The notes under the pieces are model-generated. The model had not been told where the DNA came from. It saw nothing but the letters and a program-made list of their open reading frames with translations, and ran no database searches. A program made the translations under genes and the position numbers. Below are positions 55,800 to 64,000 of a DNA stretch of 64,000 nt, in pieces. Every line of letters starts with the position of its first letter. Position 1 is the first letter of the stretch. The stretch comes from the human T2T-CHM13v2.0 reference genome, Homo sapiens, in the NCBI RefSeq assembly GCF_009914755.1, contig NC_060947.1, one strand, 5' to 3'.

Positions 55800-56440
55800 T
55801 CAACTTGAGATCTGGGTTGATAAGAGAAATCTCATGGCTTTGGAAAAGATGGACAACTTAAGTACTGATAATGAGGTCTCAGAATATATATTTTGCAAAT
55901 AAAGTTCATAATGTGGTTCATGAAATGAACATGGAGTGAATGGGTTAAATGGAGTAGAGTGGAAGATAATTGGAATGGAGAGAGTAAAGGATATTTGATG
56001 ATGTCATATTTTATTGGCCATCATGTGAACACTGATGTCTTCAAGGTGCTGGCAGCTCTGGGAGTTGCAGAGAAAGACTGTGATCCTGGTGTCAATACCA
56101 GGTGTCCACCTCCTCTGCTCACTGGGATACAAGTACAGCAGGAGAAAATGGCACAATTAAGTTGATAGGAACTTTTGAAAATCCATAATCTTGAACCTCA
56201 GTTCCTCGGACCTTCTCAGGAAGTCTTCTATAATTTCTATTTGGAGGCCACTTCCAAGTTCTCCACAACTATTTCCAACTTTCACAATTAAACCCCAAAC
56301 CTATACTGTATCAGCTTCTTCTTCATTCTCAGTAGATTTACTCATCTTCTGCTTTACAAAGCCAAAGTGAAGCACACAAAATATATACCTTAATTTATTT
56401 CCCCACCTAAAAACTTGCCCATATCTACACTACTTCTCTT
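55800..56440. mobile_element. Ancient L2 remnants (antisense ~55800-56097, sense ~56100-56440)
   Basis: Weak recalled similarity to L2 ORF2 (gatgtcttcaaggtgctggcag...aagactgtgatcctggtg; agaaaatggcacaa...ctcagtagat). Confidence 0.45.
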
Positions 56441-56575
56441 AGTGTTTCACTTTTATAAGTTACCAGTAAAATGGGGTTATAATTATAAACATCTAACAGT
56501 CTTAGGGAGAAGATTAAATAACATATATAATCCTTATGCAGGTATAGCACATAGGGATCAATACTTATTAGTTAC
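56440..56575 (+). mobile_element. MIR fragment
   Basis: gtaaaatggggttataat...gattaaataa...gcacatag...tcaata matches the MIR core. Confidence 0.65.
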
Positions 56576-59500
56576 TGTGATGGTTACTATTGAGTGTTAA
56601 CTATATTGGATTGAAGGATGAAAAGTATTGTTCCTGGGTGTGTCTGTGAGGGTATTGTCACAGAAGATTAATATTTGAGTCAGTGGACAGGGAAAGGCAG
56701 GCCCACCCTCAATCTGTGTGGACACCATCTAATCTGCTGCCAGCGCACCTAGAATAAAGCAGGCAGAAGAAGGTGGAAGGAGTTTACTTGCTGAGTCTTC
56801 TGGCTTTCATCTTTTTCCCCTTGCTGGATGCTACCTGCCCTTGAACACCAGACCCCAAGTTCATCTTTTGAACTCTTGAACTTACACCAGTGGTTCTCCA
56901 GCCTTCAGCCACAGAATGAAGGCTACACTGTCACCTTCTTTATTTTTGAGGTTTTGGGTCTAAGACTGAGTCACTATTAGCGTCCTTCCTCCTCATCTTG
57001 CAGATGACCTATCATGAGACTTTGCCTTGTGATCATGTGAGTCAATTATCTTTAATGAACTCAGTTTCATGTATATATTATATATGTAATATGTATAAAA
57101 TATATATTATATATGTAATATGTATAAAATATATATTATACATGTAATATGTACAATATGTATTATACATGTAATATCTATAAAATATATATTATACATG
57201 TAATATCTATAAAATATATATTATATATGTAATATCTATAAAATATATATTATACATGTAATATCTATGAAATATATATTATACATGTAATATCTATGAA
57301 ATATATATTATACATGTAATATCTATGAAATATATATTATACATGTAATATCTATGAAATATATATTATACATGTAATATCTATAAAATATATATTATAC
57401 ATGTAATATCTATAAAATATATATTATACATGTAATATCTATAAAACATATATTATATATAATATATAAAATATATAATATATATGTAATATATAAAATA
57501 TATAATATATGTAATATATAAAATATATTATATGTAATATATAAAATATATATTATATATGTAATGCATATAAAATATATATTATATATGTAATGTATAT
57601 AAAATATATAATATATGTAATATATTATATATAAAATATATATTATATGTAACATATATAATATATATAAAATATATGTTATATATGTTACATATATGAC
57701 ATATATTTTATGTCATATATGTTACATATATAACATATATAAAATATATATTATATATAAAATATGTATTATATACGTAATATATAAAATATGTATTATA
57801 TACGTAATATATAAAATATGTATTATATACGTAATATATAAAATATATATTATATACGTAATATATAATGTATATAAAATATATAATATATATGATATAT
57901 TATGTATACTATATATTATATATGTAATATAGATATCTAGAAAATATATATATTATATATAAAATATGTATTATACATAATACATATTTTATATGTATTA
58001 TATATAAAATATATTATATATAAAAATATTCTATATGTATCATATATAATACATATTTTATATGTATTATATAGATAAAATATGTATTATATATAATACA
58101 TATTTTATACATATATTATATATTATATCTATAAAATATGTATTATATTGTATATTATATATAATATATTATAGATATAATATATATTATATATAATATA
58201 TATTATGGATACTATGGATATTACATATAACATATGTTATATATAATATATATAAAATATATAATTTATTACATGTATATTATTTAAATAATGTATATAA
58301 TGTATTTATATGATATTTATATTATATATAGTATATATAAATATATATAATATAAATATATATTTACATAATATATCAATATAATATATGTTTTTTATAT
58401 ATAAATATATATTACATTTAATACATATTTATATATTTTATAAATATATATTAATATAATATTTACAACATATATATTATATATTATATACATAAAATTT
58501 ATATTATATATAATGTATATATATAATATATATTTTATATATAATATGTAATATATGTAATATATATAATATGTTTTATATATATTATATGTACTATATG
58601 TAATATATATAAAATATATTACATATATTATATGTACTGTATGTAATATATATAAAATATATTACATATATTATATATAATGTATGTAATATATATAAAA
58701 TATATTACATATATTATATATAATGTATGTAATATATATAAAATATATTACATATATTATATATAATGTATGTAATATATATAAAATATATTACATATAT
58801 TATATATAATGTATGTAATATATATAAAATATATTACATATATTATATATAATGTATGTAATATATATAAAATATAATACATATATTTATAATGTATGTA
58901 ATATATATAAAATATATTACATATATTATATATAATGTATGTAATATATATAAAATATATTACATATATTATATATAATGTATGTAATATATATAAAATA
59001 TATTACATATATTATATATAATGTATGTAATATATATAAAATATATTACATATATTATATATAATGTATGTAATATATATAAAATATATTACATATATTA
59101 TATATAATGTATGTAATATATATAAAATATATTACATATATTATATATAATGTATGTAATATATATAAAATATATTACATATATTATATATAATGTATGT
59201 AATATATATAAAATATATTACATATATTATATATAATGTATGTAATACATATAAAATATATTACATATATTATATATAATGTATGTAATACATATAAAAT
59301 ATATTACATATATATAATGTGTGTAATATATATAAAATATATATAATATATATGATATATAAAATATATATTATGTATTATGTAAATTATGTTATATATA
59401 GTATATAAAATATATAATATACTATATATAACATATATGTTATATATAGTATATAAAATATATATATGTTATATATAGTATATAAAATATATAATATACT

Positions 59501-59770
59501 ATATATAACATATATGTTATATATAGTATATAAAATATATAATATACTATTTATAAAATATATGTTATATATAGTATATAAAATATTTAATATATATAAT
59601 ATATATAAAATATAAAATATATAATATATATAATATTTATTATATAATATATAAAATATACATGTTATACATATAAAATATATATGAAAGTATATATACA
59701 TATATAATATAATATTATATATATATATTAAATATTTATTAGTCCTGTTTCTCTAGAGAACCCTAATATG
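56576..59770 (+). mobile_element. MLT2A (MLT2A2-like) 5' LTR of HERV-L, split by an AT-rich expansion
   Basis: Starts tgtgatggttactattgagtg...ggattgaaggat; body runs to ~57070; LTR tail tattagtcctgtttctctagagaaccctaata at ~59737-59770. Confidence 0.92.
57071..59735. repeat. 2.7-kb AT-rich compound minisatellite
   Basis: 29-bp unit aaatatatattatacatgtaatatctatg (~13 copies, 57072-57450); 27-bp unit (~4 copies, 57760-57865); 43-bp unit tatattacatatattatatataatgtatgtaatatatataaaa (~16 copies, 58615-59335). Confidence 0.95.
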
Positions 59771-59776
59771 GATTTT

Positions 59777-59791
59777 TGCTACCAGGAGTGG
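59777..59791 (+). other. Primer-binding site, tRNA-Leu type
   Basis: TGCTACCAGGAGTGG just after the LTR; one mismatch to TGGTACCAGGAGTGG, the complement of the tRNA-Leu(UAA) 3' end. Confidence 0.75.
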
Positions 59792-59964
59792 TTCTATAGA
59801 ATCAGAATTTTAAGGATGGATTTATTTAATTGGTTATGGGGTTTCTAGGGTTGAATGCTTAATCTGATTAGACGCCAAAATGCTAAGAACTCTACTTCCA
59901 AAAGTATGGAGAACACTGGTAGTCTTAGGTGTGAAAAGTTTAGAGAGTTATGTAAAATGAATGC

Positions 59965-61045
59965 TGTTGCGTGAAGTCAGGGACCCTGAATGGATGTACC
60001 AGCTGGAGCCATGGCAGTGGAACATAAGTTGTGAAGATTTCATATTAATATGGACATATATCCATTCCCAAATAATACTTCTATAATTTCTTATGCCTGT
60101 CTTTACTTTAATCTCATAATCCTATTATCTTCATAAGCTGAGGATGTACGTCACCTCAGGACCACTGTGATAATTGTATTAACTGTACAAATTGATTGTT
60201 TGAACAATATGAAATCAGTCCACCTTGAGAAAGAAAATTGTAACAGCAATTTTTATGGAACGAGGGAAGACAACCATAAGGTCTGACTGCCTGCGGGTCA
60301 GGCAAAAAGAGCCATATTTTTCTTCTTGCATAGACCCTATAAACTGGTGTGCAAGTAGGGAATATATTGTTAAATTATTTTCCTAGCAAGGAATATTAAT
60401 ATCAATACCATTTGGAGGGAATGCGTTCCTGGGGGAAGGTCTATAAACAGCCGCTCTGGGAATGTCTGTCTTGTGCAGTTGAGATAAGGACTGAGATATG
60501 CCCTGGTCTCCTGCAGTATCCTGAGGCTTACTAGGGTTGGGAAAACCCTGCCCTGGCAAATTTGTGGTCAGACAAGTTCCCTGCTCTCAAACCCTGTTTT
60601 CTGCTGTTTAAAATGTTTATCAAGACAATATGTGCACCAATGAACATAGACCCTTATCAGTGGTTCTGTTTTTGCCCTTTGCCCTGTGATCTTTGTTGGA
60701 CCCTTATCTGTAGTTCTGCTTTTTCCCTTTGTCCTGTTCCCTCAGAAACATGTGATCTTTGTTAGACCCTTATTAGTGGTTCTGCTTTTTGCCCTTTGAA
60801 GCATGTGATCTTTGTACCTACTCCATGTTCTCACACCCCCTCCACTTTTTGAAACCCTTAATAAAAACTTGCTGGTATGAGACTCAGGCAGGCATCACGG
60901 TCCTACCAATAAGTGATGTCACCCCCAGCGGCCCAGCTGTAAAATTCCTCTCTTTGTACTGTCTCTCTTTATTTGCCAGCCAGCTGACACTTATGGAAAA
61001 TTGAAAGAACCTGTGTTGAAATATTGGGGGCAGGTTCCCCCAATA
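59965..61045 (+). mobile_element. MER11A solo LTR (HERV-K11, ERVK)
   Basis: Starts tgttgcgtgaagtcagggaccc and ends ggttcccccaata; perfect 6-bp TSD GAATGC at 59959-59964 and 61046-61051; TATAAA ~60442, AATAAA ~60860. Confidence 0.93.
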
Positions 61046-61076
61046 GAATGCATTCGATACTCCTGATTCACTACTC

Positions 61077-61325
61077 TTGAGAATCAAGTTTAGTGACTCT
61101 GCACATAATAACTTTGACCATAGGTGGAGATCCAAGGAATGTAATGAAGTTGTTTTGTTGCTCCTAAGTTTGCTGGACAAAGTGATGAAAGAAAATGATG
61201 AGCTCATGGATTCTAACTCCAGGCTCCAGAAGCACATACTGAGTCTTGAGTCTTCTAAGATTGCCCTGAGTGAGAGTCTTATCTCTTGTAAACAAAGGGC
61301 TGAAATTGTGGAAAATCAGACATAA
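61077..61325 (+). pseudogene. HERV-L gag N-terminal fragment
   Basis: LLLSLLDKVMKENDELMDSNSRLQKHILSLESSKIALSESLISC; in-frame stop follows. Confidence 0.8.
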
Positions 61326-62133
61326 GCTCTTATCATGTAAGTGGCTGACTTGCAATGAAAGATGCATGCCAAACCTCGCCAGGTGTCTGCTATTCAAATG
61401 AGGTCATTGATTGGAAAAGAATGGGGCCCTGCAACTTCGAATGGGGATGTGTGAGAGGACTCTGAAGAGGTTGGGGGCACTGAATTCCTAAATTCTGATG
61501 ACGCTTTTTTTGCCAGAGGAAACAGCCTCCCCAGTCCCATGGTATCAACACCCCCCTCCCACTCACACTGCCATCAGTCTTCCCACCTTTCTCTGAGATT
61601 AGCCCTGCACTGCCTGAGGCAGTTGTCAGGCAAGACAATGCTGATTCTCCTCAGGACCCACCTCCAACACCCCTGTTTGCTTCTCGACTTATAACTAGAC
61701 TTATGTCCCAGTGGGCCCCTATAAGTGAGGTTCAGAGTGTGACCCATGAGGAGGTGTGCTACATTCCAAAAGAACTGCTTGAGTTTTCTAATTTATATAA
61801 GCAAAAATCTGGAGAACAGGTATGGGATTGGATAATAAGGGTGAAGGATAATGGAGGAAGTAACATGATGTTGAATTAGGCTGAATTTATTAATACGGGC
61901 TCACTAAGCAGGGATTCTGCATTTAATGTTGTAGCTCAGGGAGTTAAAAAAACGTTCTAATCGTTTATTTTCTTGGTTAGCTGAAACACGGATCAAAAAA
62001 TGGACCACTGTGAGTGAACTAGAAATGTCTGATCTCCCTTGGTTTAATGTAGAGGAAGGGATCCAAAGGCTTAGGGAGATTAAAATGCTAGAGTGGTTAG
62101 TCACTTTAGACCTACTCATTCGAACTGGGAGAG

Positions 62134-62512
62134 TGTATTAATCCATTTTCACACTGCCAATAAAGATATGCCTGAGACCTGGTAATTTATAACAAAAAGA
62201 GGTTTAATTGACTCACAGTTCAGCATGGCTGTGGAGGCCTCAGGAAGCTTACAATCATGGGTGAAGGGAAAGCAAAAACGTCATTCTTCACATGGTGGCA
62301 GCAAGGAGAAGTGCCAAGCAAAATGGGGAAAAGCCCCTTATAAAACCATCAGATCTTGTGAGAATTTACTCACCATTAAGAGAACAGCATGACGGTAACC
62401 GCCTCTATGATTACATTACCTCTCACAGGGTCCCCCCCCCCATGACACTTGGGGATTATGAGAACCAAAATTAAAGGTGACATTTGGGTGGAGACACAGT
62501 CAAACCATATCA
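62134..62512 (-). mobile_element. THE1 (THE1C-like) solo LTR
   Basis: tgtattaatccattttcacactgc...caaaccatatca; degenerate 5-bp TSD gagag/gaagg; gag is continuous across it. Confidence 0.92.
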
Positions 62513-63020
62513 GAAGGTCTAGAAGACATATCATTCACTAATATCTTGTGACACAGATTCGGGAGGGGAGCACCTGCATCCTTGAAGACCTCTGTGATTG
62601 CTCTTCTCTTTATGCCAGACCTTAAAAGTGAGAACTGCAGTCAATCAATTGGAAAACTTAAAGGCAATGAAAACAATTGGATCCTGAGATGGCAGGAGCC
62701 AAGTGGCAGCACTCAACCATCAAAGGCAAAGTGGGCATAGTTACCACAAGGGACAACAGAGGCAAAGTAGCAATCAGAATAGTCTGACTTGTGCAGAGCT
62801 CTGACATTGGCTAATTAATTACAGTGTTCCTAGAAGTAAAATTGCTAGGAAGCCTACTGCATTCTTACTTGATTTGTGAAAGCAGAAAACTTCCAGGTTG
62901 AGTGAATAAAAGACTAATTTGAATTATAAATATAGAGAATCACAGCCCCTCAATCAATTTCCAGACTTGAACCAATTTACAGACACAGAACCCCTTTAAT
63001 GAAGGGTAGGCCAGGTCCCC

Positions 63021-63859
63021 TTGGGGAAAGACCCCACTACACTACTGACAGTTTATACTGTTAATCTTTCTCCCATTTTTCCCCAAGAAGACCTCTGCCC
63101 TTTTACCAGGGTAATTGTGCATTGTAGAAAGGGGAATGATCAGACTTTTCAGGGACTACTGGACACTGGCTCTGAGCTGATGTTGATTCCAGGGGACACA
63201 AAACATCACTGTGGTACTCCAGTTAAGGTAGGAGCTTATGGAGGTCAGGTAATTAATGGAGTTTTAGCGCAGGTTCAACTTAAAGTAGGTCCAGTGGGTC
63301 CCCGGACTCAACCTGTGGTCATTTTTCCAGTGCCAGAATGCATAATTGGCATAAACATAATTACCAGCTGGCAAAAGCTTCACATTGGCTCCCTAACCAG
63401 TTGGGTGAGGGCTATAATGATGGGAACAGCCAAATGGAAGCCATTAGAGCTGCCTCTACCTAGAAAAATAATATATCAAAAACATTATCATATCCCTGAA
63501 GGGATTGCAGAGATTAGTGCCACCATCAAGGACTTGAAAGACACAGGGGTGGTGACTCCCACAACACTCCTGTTCAACTCTACTATTTGGTCTGTGCTGA
63601 AGGAAAATGGATCTTGATGAATGACATGGATTATTGTAAGCTTAACCAAGTGGTGACTCCAATTGAAGCTGTGGTTTCATTGCTTGGACAAATTTACAAA
63701 TCTCCTGGTACATGGCATACAGCCATTGATTTGGCAAATGCCTTTTTCTCTGTTACTGTCCATAAGGCCCACCAGAAGCAATTTGCCTTCAGCTGGCAAG
63801 GCCAGCTATATAACTTCACTCTCCTACCTCAGGGATATATCAACTCTCCCACTCTGTGA
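63021..63859 (+). pseudogene. HERV-L protease and reverse transcriptase N-terminus, frameshifted
   Basis: LLDTGSE aspartic protease motif; RT motifs DYCKLNQ, IDLANAFFS, QFAFSWQGQ and LPQGYINSP; frameshift near 63600. Confidence 0.93.
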
Positions 63860-64000
63860 CATAACCTCATTTGCAGATATCTTGATCACTTTTCTCTTCC
63901 ACAAGATATCACACTGACTGTTCCATTTTGTTATGCCATTGTGCTGATTGTACCCCGTGAGGAAAAATAGTAAACAAACACACTGTACTGATTGGGGAGA

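Larger units (their letters stand above)
59771..64000 (+). mobile_element. HERV-L internal region (gag-pro-pol, decayed; runs off the window)
   Basis: PBS, gag fragment 61077..61325, protease and RT ORFs at 63021-63859. Confidence 0.93.

Noticed and set aside
57410-59701. Ile/Tyr-rich ORFs and a CRISPR-like periodic pattern
   Set aside because: Low-complexity AT tandem repeats without unique spacers or cas genes, in a eukaryotic context
61022-61045. Hairpin tattggggg-caggtt-cccccaata
   Set aside because: Part of the normal MER11 LTR terminus
63021-63859. Protease/RT ORFs as an intact or novel RT system
   Set aside because: Standard HERV-L pro-pol with a frameshift and stops; gag is interrupted twice

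Overview
Primate (human-like) AT-rich genomic DNA made almost entirely of nested, decayed retrotransposons; I see no cellular protein-coding gene, RNA gene or CRISPR array. From 1 to 54.3 kb it is a stack of LINE-1 elements of many ages (old L1M, L1MA, L1MB, L1PB, L1PREC2/L1PA15-17, L1PA10-like, L1PA7-like), nine of which keep part of their 5' UTR. Inserted into them are a MER52 solo LTR, a probable ERVL-class solo LTR, MST MaLR elements and two Alus. After a short ancient L2/MIR remnant (55.8-56.6 kb) comes a HERV-L provirus (MLT2A LTR, tRNA-Leu PBS, gag, pro, start of pol). Its LTR is split by a 2.7-kb AT-rich minisatellite, and its gag carries MER11A and THE1 solo LTRs. Every recognisable ORF is a broken L1 ORF1/ORF2 or HERV-L gag/pro/pol fragment. 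Subfamily names come from recalled consensus sequences and need RepeatMasker/Dfam confirmation. I cannot support a novel gene system. The most unusual signals are: a set of locally templated inverted repeats (the best is a 29-bp-stem, pre-miRNA-like hairpin at 40703-40774), a 280-bp inverted templated insertion, two internally deleted but end-complete L1s, and the palindrome-rich AT expansion inside the HERV-L LTR.
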